Shown here: positions 1 through 9,585 of the stretch, piece by piece
How the letters are laid out: the number at the start of each line of letters is the position of its first letter
Numbering within the stretch: position 1 is the first letter of the stretch
NCBI GenBank assembly: GCA_048882045.1
Contig: JBHLRZ010000005.1
Span: 65,223-119,172 of the forward strand
Length of the DNA stretch: 53,950 nt
Origin: Candidatus Thorarchaeota archaeon
Lineage (GTDB): Archaea > Asgardarchaeota > Thorarchaeia > Thorarchaeales > Thorarchaeaceae
Direction: 5' to 3'
Position numbers and translations under genes: made by a program
Notes under the pieces: model-generated
Seen by the model: only the letters and a program-made list of their open reading frames with translations
Databases searched by the model: none
What the model was told of the DNA's origin: nothing

Positions 1-1
1 G

Positions 2-649
2 GTCGGAGCAAATGAGATCGATGTCACAATAAGAGCAAGTACACAGGGATCTCAGGATATGGTTTCTGAACTTGGAGATGAATATCATCCGACAGGTTTC
101 TCTCTGTTCCCCGCTATCGCTCTATATCGTGGCCAGATAGGTCCGAATTCATATTTTCCTCACGCACTTTCTAGAGGACTCGTCTTCAAGAAGGGTGACA
201 CTCTGGTCACTGGTGCATCTTCAGATGTGTATGGTGTCCAGTCAGAGTTGGAACGGACAATGTTCATGGGCGAGCCTAGCAAGAGGCAGAAAGAGCTGTT
301 CGATGCAATGCTGGCTGCACAGGATGCTGCTCTAGATGCAGCAGGACCTGGAGTCTACTGCTCAGACGTTGATAAGGCCGCTCGCCAGGCATTCAAAGAC
401 AAAGGTGTGATTCATCTTGTCAGACACCACACTGGGCACGCTCTTGGATTGGAAGGACATGAAAGACCATTTCTTGATCTTGGGTCCGAGGACATTCTCA
501 ACCCGGGTATGATCTTCTCATGTGAGCCTGGTATCTATGAAGAGAGTTTCGGAGGATTTCGACACAGTGACACATTCGTGGTGACTGATGAAGGAATTGA
601 AGTATTGACCAAGTATCCTCGAGACCTAAGCAGTCTCATTATCCAATGA
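2..649 (+). CDS. Xaa-Pro peptidase / creatinase family M24 protein, 5'-truncated by the window edge
   Basis: Frame is open from position 2, so the true start lies upstream. M24 motifs HHTGHALGLEGHE, SCEPGIY and GGFRHSDTFVVT are present. Confidence 0.9.
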   Translation, partial: VGANEIDVTIRASTQGSQDMVSELGDEYHPTGFSLFPAIALYRGQIGPNSYFPHALSRGLVFKKGDTLVTGASSDVYGVQSELERTMFMGEPSKRQKELFDAMLAAQDAALDAAGPGVYCSDVDKAARQAFKDKGVIHLVRHHTGHALGLEGHERPFLDLGSEDILNPGMIFSCEPGIYEESFGGFRHSDTFVVTDEGIEVLTKYPRDLSSLIIQ

Positions 650-653
650 ACCT

Positions 654-1568
654 TTAGCTGACTAGATACCTGGGATGAGGTTTGTCAGGTCTTATCCTCT
701 CTTCCATGAGGATTCCTGACAGAGCTACGTCAATCATTGCTACCGATGGATAGACTACTGGCGCCTCCTTTGCTGGTCCCATTAGTACAAAGTCTGCTCC
801 TAGTGAAACTGGCATCAGACTAGATCCTACAACTGCTGGTCTTTTTGCATCTTTGCCAAACTTTGGCACAAGTCCTGCCCATGTGCTGATAGCATTGTGT
901 GCCCCACAACCGACAGGATAACCATACTTGTCTTTGATAATGTACTGTGTTTTGCATGCTATTCCAAGAGTTGGTAGGTCCAACACTCCAGTATCAACCA
1001 ATATGTTTGTCACACCTGCCTTCTGAGCCTTTGCTATTAGAGTGTCTGCAAGCTCAACACGCTTTGAGGAGGAGGCCATCGAAGCAGAGTTGAAAGTAAG
1101 AAGTACTGCGTTTGAAAGTCCCGCATCCTTCACTACTCCATAGAGTTCATCCTTGGTCTCTGGACTCAGGGAGTTGATGACTACCCTGTCGATGAAGCCG
1201 GATTCTTTCGCAAACTGAATGCCAGCTGTGTTCACCTCGAGGGAATCTGAACCGTCTATCAAGAGTGGGAACTCAGTAGTATCTACAAGGTGACCGAGAT
1301 ATTTCTCCATGGCTTCCACTGTAGTAGCAACGACATCCAGCATCGTTCCGAGACCAGTCTTTTCTGTCAGATCCGCTAGCATATTGAGAGTGCTTTCCGT
1401 TGCTGATCTATCCATTTCTCCAGTTTCAGCATTCTTTACAAGTCGGTCCTTTGTGTAGAAGATCGAAGGGATGAGCACCGTTGGGATTTTTCCCAGGGAT
1501 CCTCCTATTCGGACACCTCCAATTTCTTGTGTTATTTGGTCTACTCCAAAGCTGAGAATGTTGTCCAT
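654..1568 (-). CDS. mtrH: MtrH/MtgA-family methyltransferase (methyl-pterin:corrinoid methyltransferase subunit H-like)
   Basis: N-terminus GGVRIGG...PTVLIPSIFY, LIDGS, VINSL, ILVDTGV, YGYPVGCGAHNA and GADFVLMGP match the MtrH family. GGAG RBS upstream. No other mtr genes nearby. Confidence 0.85.
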   Translation of the reverse strand: MDNILSFGVDQITQEIGGVRIGGSLGKIPTVLIPSIFYTKDRLVKNAETGEMDRSATESTLNMLADLTEKTGLGTMLDVVATTVEAMEKYLGHLVDTTEFPLLIDGSDSLEVNTAGIQFAKESGFIDRVVINSLSPETKDELYGVVKDAGLSNAVLLTFNSASMASSSKRVELADTLIAKAQKAGVTNILVDTGVLDLPTLGIACKTQYIIKDKYGYPVGCGAHNAISTWAGLVPKFGKDAKRPAVVGSSLMPVSLGADFVLMGPAKEAPVVYPSVAMIDVALSGILMEERIRPDKPHPRYLVS

Positions 1569-1839
1569 CTCCTAAATTAGAGTCCACACCTTTCGATGAG
1601 TCTGGATGCAATTGAATCATCAGATTCACTTGGCGATTTAATACTGTTTTCACCATCTACATATTAACTATAGTTCATATCATTCGGGAACTAACACGAC
1701 TCTTTGAATAATTCTGAATTGTCATGAAGTTTTTCTGATGAAACCAAGTCATATGAGTGCCTTTTTTGTATGAAGATCTTTTAGTTTCCTTAATGATGGT
1801 TATATACAAACTAAACGACGTCGAATCAGTGATTCAATC

Positions 1840-2880
1840 ATGAAGCACGCTAGAATTAAAACGGTCATTCTTGGAATGCTCCTCTTTATGTTGGTGACGA
1901 CAGCTGTGAATGTCAACGCCACAACGACCACTGATGACACTACGACTGAGGATGATGACACAACTACTGATACCGAAACGACTTCTTCGGATGATGATCT
2001 GAATGATAGAGAAGTTTCAGTGGTAACATCGCCTACGTTGGTGGAGATACAGTCCGAACTCGAATCTGGAGGAATTGAGGACTCCTTTAAGATTGAGGTT
2101 GAAGTCGGACCTAATGGTGCTGAATTCAAGGTCCAATTTGAGACCGAAAGCGGTACCAATGAGACAGAGCGAGAGTTTCAGGTTGAGTTTCAGGAACTTG
2201 TAGAGTATCTCGATGTCAATGACAATGGCGTCTATGATGATTCTGTTGACACGGATATCCAGATTTTGCAGCTTGTCAGCTTTGAACCACTCCTCTATTC
2301 AGTTGAGAACACTGCTGACGGTCCTGTCCACATCATTGATGTTTTGACCACAGACGGTGTGTTCGGTGCCAGAGTCTACGCTGTTGGTGCCTTTACCGAG
2401 ATCAATGGTTTGACTATAGCTCCTACTCAAGTGAAGATTGATGTCATGATAACGGGTTTCAACTTCACAGATCCAAGTTCTCAACTTGCTCTGAAGGTCG
2501 AGCTAAGCTCTGCACTAGAGACCTCCTTTGACGACTCAACTGAGGATGAGGAGGATGGTAGAGCAGTCAGTGAGGCTGAGATGGATGTTCTCTTGACAGA
2601 TGTGACTGGTTTCTTCTCTTGGAAGGAATCAGCCGAAATTGACGGAGTTACCTATCAAGTCAACTCAAGCATTCATGAAGTTTCAGCAACTGAGACTGAA
2701 ATCTTTCTGAACTATCCTCAAGGGAATGAGATTGTTCATGATCCTAAGATTGGTTTTGAGAACCTTCTTCTTACTGGAGGATTCCAACTTCCTGCAATCC
2801 TAGCTGACAATCTTTTACCCATATCCGTTGGTGTTGCTATTGTAATAGTAGGGGTTGCAGTGGTTATCAAGAGACGGTAA
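1840..2880 (+). CDS. Secreted, very acidic surface protein with signal peptide, T/D-rich linker, beta-rich domain and C-terminal membrane anchor
   Basis: Hydrophobic N-terminus ending VNVNA, then TTTTDDTTTEDDD..., a DVNDNGVYD Ca-binding-like loop, and a C-terminal TM followed by IKRR. TTATATA box near 1800. Confidence 0.85.
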   Translation: MKHARIKTVILGMLLFMLVTTAVNVNATTTTDDTTTEDDDTTTDTETTSSDDDLNDREVSVVTSPTLVEIQSELESGGIEDSFKIEVEVGPNGAEFKVQFETESGTNETEREFQVEFQELVEYLDVNDNGVYDDSVDTDIQILQLVSFEPLLYSVENTADGPVHIIDVLTTDGVFGARVYAVGAFTEINGLTIAPTQVKIDVMITGFNFTDPSSQLALKVELSSALETSFDDSTEDEEDGRAVSEAEMDVLLTDVTGFFSWKESAEIDGVTYQVNSSIHEVSATETEIFLNYPQGNEIVHDPKIGFENLLLTGGFQLPAILADNLLPISVGVAIVIVGVAVVIKRR

Positions 2881-2897
2881 TTCTTAGTATGCTACGC

Positions 2898-2925
2898 AGA
2901 AGAGAGTTTATCTCTCTTCTTTTTT
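2898..2925 (+). terminator. Hairpin plus U-tract terminator
   Basis: AGAAGAGAG-TTTAT-CTCTCTTCT followed by TTTTT, starting 17 nt after the stop at 2880. Confidence 0.75.
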
Positions 2926-3071
2926 CATTTTCATCTATTCTTTCTATAATTGGTTACAACATGAAATTCCACTGATTTAACTAATTCTGGAAATATTTCA
3001 AGATGTAACAATTTTGTTCATCAGAACATTAATAATGTAATATCTAGACGACTTCTGAGTTGTGCGTGGAC

Positions 3072-4691
3072 ATGAGGAGAGAAAGGAAACTGAGAGTGCT
3101 TATTGCACTCTTTCTATTGGTAACTTCTATAATTTCAATACGACTCCTCCCAGTAAGCTCCTTTGAGAGTGGTCAAGGAATTGCAATAACTGGAACTAAT
3201 TCAGGAGGCACTCTCGGAATGCATTTTGTAAGCATTGGAGATGTCAATGGAGACAGTATTGATGACTTTCTCGTAGGAGAGCTCTTGAACCATGAGGGAC
3301 GAGTGTATCTCTTTCATGGTCGACCTGATTCTTCATGGGAGGAGATGACTGTAGAAGATGCTGATGCTTCGTTTGTTGGAGAAGGATACAACAACTGGTT
3401 TGGAAGATGGACAGCAGGGCTTGGTGATATCGATGGAAATGGATATGCAGATTTCGCAATTTCAGCTATCCGCAATAACAATGCTGCCTCGCAGGCTGGA
3501 AAGGTCTATATCTTCCTCGGTGGATCGAACACCATCTGGGGTTTGGATACACCAGCAACTCAATCCAACATTTCAATAACAGGTGAAGCCGTTTGGGATA
3601 ATATCGGACATGGAGTCTATGGTATAGGCGATACTAATGGAGATAACTACGATGATTTCATAGTGTCTTCATTTTCAGATGAAGGAGGTCTTGATTCTGG
3701 ACAACTATACCTCTTCTATGGACGTCCTCAGGGGCAATGGCTTGATACATACTCTGCTGCAGAAGCGAATGCATCATGGATTGGCAATCCTGGAGATTAT
3801 GTATCTATGGATGCTTCTGGTATCGGGGATGTCAACAACGATGGTTATACTGATTTTGCCATTGGTGCATGGACGAATCAAACTTCGGTTTCTCATCGCT
3901 CAGTATATCTGATTCTGGGAGGAGCTGGCACGAACTGGACAATGGATCAGCCAATATCATTGTCAAACGCCTCACTCATTGGTCGTAACAACACTGGACT
4001 TGGATTGGATTTCTGGTCCTTGAATTGGGTTTCTGGTGCCGGTGATGTGAATGGTGATTCGTTTGATGACATCCTAGTTGGAGCGTATGATGAAGATGAT
4101 GGTGGTTCAAATTCAGGAACGACATACCTCTTCTTAGGACGGTCCACGGAAAGTTGGACCCACAACATTACATTCTCCAATGCAAATGCATCATTTGTTG
4201 GTGAGTCAGCGAATGATTGGTCTGGTTCTTCAGTGGGTGGTGCGGGTGACGTCAATGGTGACTCGTTTGATGATTTTGTAATCGGAGCCCCTTCTCCATT
4301 TGACATCACTGTTGCACAAGGCAGAGGTCGCGCTTACTTAATCCTAGGAGGTCCTTCTCAAAGTTTGGAGATGGATACGCCACTTGCGAATGCTGATTTT
4401 ATCTATGAACCTGAGCAAGTCAATGCTGCTTATGGTATGCATGTTCAAGGAATTGGTGATGTCAACGACGATGGACTAGATGATTTCGCGATCGGAGCTC
4501 CATACTTTGACACAGATCAGACAAATGTTGGAAAGACTTACATCATCCTTCACTATGACCAGCCATCCACATGGCCAACTACATCGACAACGGCACCACC
4601 TCCGTTTGATATAACACTCGTATTGATGGTTGCTGTTCCAGTGGTGCTCGTTGTGTTAATTGGTATTGCCTATTTTGGGAAACGAAGATGA
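3072..4691 (+). CDS. FG-GAP / integrin-alpha-type seven-bladed beta-propeller surface protein, membrane anchored
   Basis: Seven GD[VIT][ND][GND][DN]xxxD[FI] Ca-binding repeats, each followed by GAP/GAY/SA-like and G+vYl motifs. Signal peptide, P/T-rich linker, C-terminal TM plus GKRR. ATG at 3072 preferred over TTG at 3060. Confidence 0.9.
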   Translation: MRRERKLRVLIALFLLVTSIISIRLLPVSSFESGQGIAITGTNSGGTLGMHFVSIGDVNGDSIDDFLVGELLNHEGRVYLFHGRPDSSWEEMTVEDADASFVGEGYNNWFGRWTAGLGDIDGNGYADFAISAIRNNNAASQAGKVYIFLGGSNTIWGLDTPATQSNISITGEAVWDNIGHGVYGIGDTNGDNYDDFIVSSFSDEGGLDSGQLYLFYGRPQGQWLDTYSAAEANASWIGNPGDYVSMDASGIGDVNNDGYTDFAIGAWTNQTSVSHRSVYLILGGAGTNWTMDQPISLSNASLIGRNNTGLGLDFWSLNWVSGAGDVNGDSFDDILVGAYDEDDGGSNSGTTYLFLGRSTESWTHNITFSNANASFVGESANDWSGSSVGGAGDVNGDSFDDFVIGAPSPFDITVAQGRGRAYLILGGPSQSLEMDTPLANADFIYEPEQVNAAYGMHVQGIGDVNDDGLDDFAIGAPYFDTDQTNVGKTYIILHYDQPSTWPTTSTTAPPPFDITLVLMVAVPVVLVVLIGIAYFGKRR

Positions 4692-4716
4692 TGGACTGGA
4701 AACATCAATTCATGTA

Positions 4717-4751
4717 AGGAGGAGTCAATGGTAAAATCATTGACTCTTCCT
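4717..4751. terminator. Long hairpin between convergent genes, probable bidirectional terminator
   Basis: AGGAGGAGTCAATG-GTAAAAT-CATTGACTCTTCCT forms a 14-bp stem with one G-U pair between the stops at 4691 (+) and 4759 (-). Confidence 0.65.
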
Positions 4752-4758
4752 CACGTAT

Positions 4759-6657
4759 TCAAACGAGTAATATCTCGTCCAACTCGATTTCAACGTCCGA
4801 CTTTGTAGCTAGTTGGTATGCGGGCTGCATCACCTCGGAAGAACTCTTCTTGGTGAACCTGAATGGAGCTTCCGTCTGTCTAATGAATCCCCTTTCAACG
4901 AACTCCCTCATGTCTAATGGCAACCAGATCTCACTGAAGTGAGTCTTAAGATCGTAATGAGTAATCTCATCCTTCTTTTCGAGGAGTCGAAGGATAGGTT
5001 GCACAAAAGTGGCAAGGTGTTCGTCTAAGTAGTTCTCCATCTTCTCTAATGTATCTCTCATGACATCCCATGACTTGACAGGAGTGTGGATCATATCTAT
5101 GAGGATGGTTTTGAAGAACTCTGGATTGAATTCCAGCGCCTGCTCTGTAGATTCCCTGAGTGGTACGGTCTTATTGAGTAATACCTCGATGTTCGCCATT
5201 CTTCGAATCCCTGACATTATGAAGTTCAATGCAAAGTGAGGATCATCCTTGACATAGAGTGCTTTGTACGACTTGTTGATGAGATCCTTACAAAAGATGT
5301 AGTTGAGTAACAAAAGGTCCTCGACATCACGAGATCCCATATCATTCACGTCTTCATAGAAATCCATGATTGAATCATCTTTGGAAACGAGTAGTTTACT
5401 CTTAGAGAAGTATGAGTGGAAGATACTTCCATCTTTCACTCTGTTTGTTCCACTTCTGAAGTAATCTCGTGTCACAACTTCCCCCTCCATGAAAACATCT
5501 TTCTCAACAAATACACGTTGTCTTCTATATGGTTCGTCTCGAACGACAATCATGAAATCAATGTCCGATTTCTCCCAAACAGTATCGTATGACAGACTCC
5601 CTGCTACCATGAGGTTCAGAACATACTCATCTGCTTCAGTTTTCTTCACAAGTTCATCCAGTGCACTCTGGTAATCCGCCAGAACACGCTCCCTATCGAC
5701 ATCCGCTGGACCAATCCTCGTTGGTTGTACCTTTGCAGAATCGAACGAGTCCCAACTGAAGTGATAGAGCGGTTCATTGTACTCAACAACTCCCTTCTTA
5801 GTCAACTTAACAGGAGTAATTGTGCGTCTGAGGATTCGCCGTCGGTGGAGATGTTCAATCCAAAGGAGTGCCATCCCTCGAGGTCGAAATCGAGTCATGA
5901 TATCCGTCTGTGATGCTGTTCCACCTTCCTCTGAGATGAAATCCAGAATCGGTTTGTGTACTTGTACGTCAATCGAGTCGAGGTACTCATATCCCAATCT
6001 TAAAGCATTCTCAAGAGACTCCTTCGTTACTTTTGTGTCGATTAGTTCATCAAAGAGCTTCGGGAATAACTCTGGTAGATACTGCCTCCCTTTCAGGATG
6101 ACTTCTCGTGGTGGCCAGACATCGTTGAGATAGCATAATAGGTATCCGAGTTCGCTGAGACCATGCAGGAGAAAGTGGAAACTATGAGCTAGATCTTTCT
6201 TGATATAGAGATACTTCTCTGCCTTCTCAAAGTCGTATCTTACTGCACCAAAATAGACCATCTGGAGATATCTCCTATCTCCCTCTCCAACATTCTTGTT
6301 CATTCTCTTGTAATAATCGGTGAAAGAACAGTCTCGAGAGAAGACCAGTTTGCTGTATGAGAGGGACTGCATCATCCCTCTTCCTATTGAGTGCTGTATT
6401 CTCCTCAAGAACTCATTCTTGTTATAGATTTCTAGATCTATTGGTATACCTACCTCCACGAGTCTTGATGTTCGATGTTGTCCCTCATCTACAATGACAT
6501 AGGCGTTTATGTTCGACCGTTCAGTGACCTCATCATACGCCATGCTTCCATAGATGATGATAGCAAGAACTCTCTTGTCCTCCTTTGCTCGTTCGATGAA
6601 GCGAGTGAGTGCATCATCGAACTGCTTTCTAACTTGTGGATCTTCCATCTGGATCAA
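4759..6657 (-). CDS. Tandem-duplicated Pol-beta-type nucleotidyltransferase (2 x [NTase, helical domain, probable winged helix]); N-terminal copy catalytically degenerate
   Basis: The halves align. Copy 1 reads YGSMAYDEVTERSNINAY and copy 2 reads AGSLSYDTVWEKSDIDF (GS...DxD). Both contain a [AS][EY]KxLY[IV]KxD segment and end with P[VF][KR][LF]TKK...[EQ]PxY. Start is TTG 6657 or ATG 6648. Confidence 0.8.
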   Translation of the reverse strand: MIQMEDPQVRKQFDDALTRFIERAKEDKRVLAIIIYGSMAYDEVTERSNINAYVIVDEGQHRTSRLVEVGIPIDLEIYNKNEFLRRIQHSIGRGMMQSLSYSKLVFSRDCSFTDYYKRMNKNVGEGDRRYLQMVYFGAVRYDFEKAEKYLYIKKDLAHSFHFLLHGLSELGYLLCYLNDVWPPREVILKGRQYLPELFPKLFDELIDTKVTKESLENALRLGYEYLDSIDVQVHKPILDFISEEGGTASQTDIMTRFRPRGMALLWIEHLHRRRILRRTITPVKLTKKGVVEYNEPLYHFSWDSFDSAKVQPTRIGPADVDRERVLADYQSALDELVKKTEADEYVLNLMVAGSLSYDTVWEKSDIDFMIVVRDEPYRRQRVFVEKDVFMEGEVVTRDYFRSGTNRVKDGSIFHSYFSKSKLLVSKDDSIMDFYEDVNDMGSRDVEDLLLLNYIFCKDLINKSYKALYVKDDPHFALNFIMSGIRRMANIEVLLNKTVPLRESTEQALEFNPEFFKTILIDMIHTPVKSWDVMRDTLEKMENYLDEHLATFVQPILRLLEKKDEITHYDLKTHFSEIWLPLDMREFVERGFIRQTEAPFRFTKKSSSEVMQPAYQLATKSDVEIELDEILLV

Positions 6658-6668
6658 CCCCTCCTGAA

Positions 6669-9503
6669 TCAGGAAGTTACCACAACGTTCTGGAGAAACT
6701 GACCAGTGTAAGACTTCCTACACTTGATGATGTCTTCAACAGTCCCCTCAGCAATGACCTCGCCGCCCTCAGCGCCGCCTTCAGGTCCTAGATCGATTAC
6801 CCAATCAGCTGACTTGATGATGTCAAGGTGGTGTTCGATGACGATGACAGTGTTCCCTGCATCCACCAGTCTATTGACGGTCTTCAGGAGCATCTGGATA
6901 TCCTCCATATGGAGCCCAACGGATGGTTCGTCCATGATGTAGAGGTTGTCCTTCAGTTTCTTCAGCTTACCAAGCTCCTTAGCTAGTTTTATTCGTTGAG
7001 ATTCTCCGCCGCTCAATGTGGGTGCTGGCTGTCCAAGCTTCAGATAACCAAGGCCAAGTTCCATCATGGTCTTTGTTTTGTGATAGATGAGTCGCGTGTC
7101 CTTGAAGAACTTGTTAGCTTCCTCAACTGTCATGTTCAGGACCTCCCCGATGTTCTTGCCCTTGTATTTGATCTCCAGTACTTCTTCAGAGAACCGGGCT
7201 CCTTTACAGACAGGGCAGACGGTCTGAATGTCTGGCATGTACTGAAGTTCTATTCGAACAAGGCCTTCTCCGTTGCACTCTGTACAACGTCCCTCAGTTG
7301 AGTTGTAACTGAACCTCCCAATCTTGTAGCCTCGTTCCTTCGCCATCTCGGTATCTGCGAACACTCTGCGTATCTTATCGAAGAACCCAACATAGGTCGC
7401 GGGTATACTCCTGGAGTTTCTTCCGATAGGCGATTGGTCGACAATTCGTACATCCACTACATTCTCAATCCCTTCTATCCTGTCCAGCTTTCCTGGGATG
7501 ACCCGAAGGTCTCGCATGTCGTGAATGAGCTTGTTGCCGAGTACATCCTCGATTAGTGTACTTTTCCCGGATCCAGAAACACCAGTGATACAGATGAAGA
7601 CACCAAGTGGAAACTCCACGTCAATTCCCTTCAGATTGTTCTCACGGGCATTGATTACTTTCAAGGACTTGCCGTTGGGTTTCCTCGCCTTACCAAAGTA
7701 GGGAATCTGTTTCTTACCCGATAGGTAGTGACCAGTCAGGAACTTCGGATTATCCACTATTTCATCGTATTGTCCCTGTGCGATGATTCTACCACCATGG
7801 ACACCAGGTCCTGGACCTATCTCAATGATGTTGTCAGCCTGCTTGATGGTGTCCAAGTCATGTTCAATGACGATGACTGTATTCCCAGTATCTCTGAGGC
7901 GTTTGAGGATGTCCACGATTCTGTTGCTATCGCGCATATGGAGCCCAATTGAAGGTTCATCCAGCACATACAACATCCCCATGAGTTCCGACCCTAACTG
8001 AGTGGATAGCTTGATCCTTTGACCTTCTCCTGCACTCAAGGTCCTCGCGCGTCTGTTGAGCCTGAGGTAGTACAGACCAATATCCTCCAAGAGCTGAATC
8101 CGTTTCCTGAGTTCGAAGATGACCTGATTACCAGCCTTCTCCCGGTCTTTAGGAATCCTAATGGAGTCCACATACTCGAGTAGATGGTTGATGAAGTATT
8201 CACCTAGCTCATCGATGTTCTTTCCTTCTACAGTTACGAGTAATCGTTGTGGTATGAGTTTCTTGCCCTGACAGTCCGGACAGGTATGCTCAGTCATCAG
8301 CTTTCGATACCACTCATATCGCTCTCCCTTCTTTCTGTCATTCCTATAGTGCCTGTCAATATAGTTGCAGATTCCCAGAAAGCGAACCTTCTGCCCAACA
8401 TTGCGATGACGATACTTGTTCGGCCAGTCAGGCGGTTCCTGAAGGATGAACTCCTCCCTGATGCCAAACAGAATCTGGTTTCGGATATCCTCTGACAGGT
8501 CTTGCCACGCTGTCTTCAAGTCAAATCCGAGATGTTGGCCTATGCTGTATGCCCAGTACTTAGCCCACCACTTCAGTGCTCCATCGTTCATGCCCTTTCT
8601 TGGGTCTACAACGACAAGTCTTGCATCTGCCTTCATCAACATCCCCATTCCAAGACATGTTGAACATGCATTCTCTGGAAGGTTAGGTGAGAACGCCCCC
8701 GGTAGAAGGGTGTGCATCACAATGTGGTGGTCTTTGCATCCGAAGGTTTCATAGAACTTGCTTGAGATATCCTCAGATATCTTGTCATCTGAGAACTCGA
8801 ATCTGATGAATCCGCTACCGACTTGTTTGGCGTTTTCAATTGATATTGCAAATTGATGATAGAGGTCCTTCTTGATAATGATTCGATCCACTATTACTTC
8901 AATTCGATAGTCCTTCTCTTCATCAAGGTCTATCTTGTCGCTGATAGTGAATGGTTCTCCATCAATCTTGATTCTCTTGTATCCCTTCGATCGTATATCG
9001 TCGAACAGATAGGGATAGTCCTCATCATAGAACTTGTTCACTGGAGCAAGTATCTCGACACTGGTCCCTTCTGGAAGTGTCATGAGGTGATCAACAATTT
9101 GGTTTGCATTACGTGTGTGGATCTTCTTGTTGCAGTAGGGACAATAAGCCTGCCCTAGCACAGAGAAGAGGATTCTCATGTAGCTGGAGATGTCAGTCAT
9201 ACTCCCGACTGTTGATCTTGGGTTCTGTGTGCCAGTGCGCTGCTCAATTGCTACAACTGGCGAGAGTCCAAGTATTGAGTCAACATCAGCTCGTTCTAGC
9301 ATTGGTAGCATCGTACGAGAAGTTGCTGACATAGATTCGAAGAACTTACGCTGGCCTTCTGCAAAAATAACATCAAAGGCTAGAGAAGTCTTCCCAGATC
9401 CTGACACTCCTGTTATCACAGTGAGCTGGTCCCTGGGAATATCCACGTCTATATTTCTAAGATTGTTTGTCCTAGCTCCCTTTACACTAATGTGTTCTCT
9501 CAT
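6669..9503 (-). CDS. uvrA: UvrA-family excinuclease ABC ATPase, divergent paralog
   Basis: GARTNNLRNIDV, two Walker A motifs (GVSGSGKT, GVSGSGKS), signatures LSAGEGQR and LSGGESQR, two DEPSxGLH motifs, Zn-finger CxxC pairs and a C-terminal SYTGQFL. True start is ATG 9503 with a GGGAGG RBS. Confidence 0.95.
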   Translation of the reverse strand: MREHISVKGARTNNLRNIDVDIPRDQLTVITGVSGSGKTSLAFDVIFAEGQRKFFESMSATSRTMLPMLERADVDSILGLSPVVAIEQRTGTQNPRSTVGSMTDISSYMRILFSVLGQAYCPYCNKKIHTRNANQIVDHLMTLPEGTSVEILAPVNKFYDEDYPYLFDDIRSKGYKRIKIDGEPFTISDKIDLDEEKDYRIEVIVDRIIIKKDLYHQFAISIENAKQVGSGFIRFEFSDDKISEDISSKFYETFGCKDHHIVMHTLLPGAFSPNLPENACSTCLGMGMLMKADARLVVVDPRKGMNDGALKWWAKYWAYSIGQHLGFDLKTAWQDLSEDIRNQILFGIREEFILQEPPDWPNKYRHRNVGQKVRFLGICNYIDRHYRNDRKKGERYEWYRKLMTEHTCPDCQGKKLIPQRLLVTVEGKNIDELGEYFINHLLEYVDSIRIPKDREKAGNQVIFELRKRIQLLEDIGLYYLRLNRRARTLSAGEGQRIKLSTQLGSELMGMLYVLDEPSIGLHMRDSNRIVDILKRLRDTGNTVIVIEHDLDTIKQADNIIEIGPGPGVHGGRIIAQGQYDEIVDNPKFLTGHYLSGKKQIPYFGKARKPNGKSLKVINARENNLKGIDVEFPLGVFICITGVSGSGKSTLIEDVLGNKLIHDMRDLRVIPGKLDRIEGIENVVDVRIVDQSPIGRNSRSIPATYVGFFDKIRRVFADTEMAKERGYKIGRFSYNSTEGRCTECNGEGLVRIELQYMPDIQTVCPVCKGARFSEEVLEIKYKGKNIGEVLNMTVEEANKFFKDTRLIYHKTKTMMELGLGYLKLGQPAPTLSGGESQRIKLAKELGKLKKLKDNLYIMDEPSVGLHMEDIQMLLKTVNRLVDAGNTVIVIEHHLDIIKSADWVIDLGPEGGAEGGEVIAEGTVEDIIKCRKSYTGQFLQNVVVTS

Positions 9504-9512
9504 GCAATCATG

Positions 9513-9585
9513 CCTCCCGACATCAGTGCAACCACTTGCCTCCGTTCGCCATGAAGGAGCAGAGTGGCCTGATGTCAGCTTGAGG
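9513..9585 (-). promoter_or_regulatory. Structured 5' leader hairpin of uvrA that sequesters the Shine-Dalgarno sequence
   Basis: mRNA 5'-CCUC AAG CUGACAUCAG GCCACU C UGCUCC UUC AUGGC GAA C GGAG GCA AGUGGU UGCA CUGAUGUCGG GAGG-3' forms nested helices. CCUC pairs with the GAGG of the RBS, 9 nt before AUG. Confidence 0.7.

Noticed and set aside
4670-4691. YFGKRR tail as the integrin GFFKR motif
   Set aside because: Other anchored proteins here end similarly (IKRR, RKK), so it is explained as a generic positive-inside stop-transfer signal.
9513-9585. Hairpin as a SECIS element or tRNA
   Set aside because: The helices are Watson-Crick with no AUGA/GA quartet in the right geometry, there is no cloverleaf or T-loop, and no in-frame TGA sits at a Cys-equivalent position in neighbouring genes.
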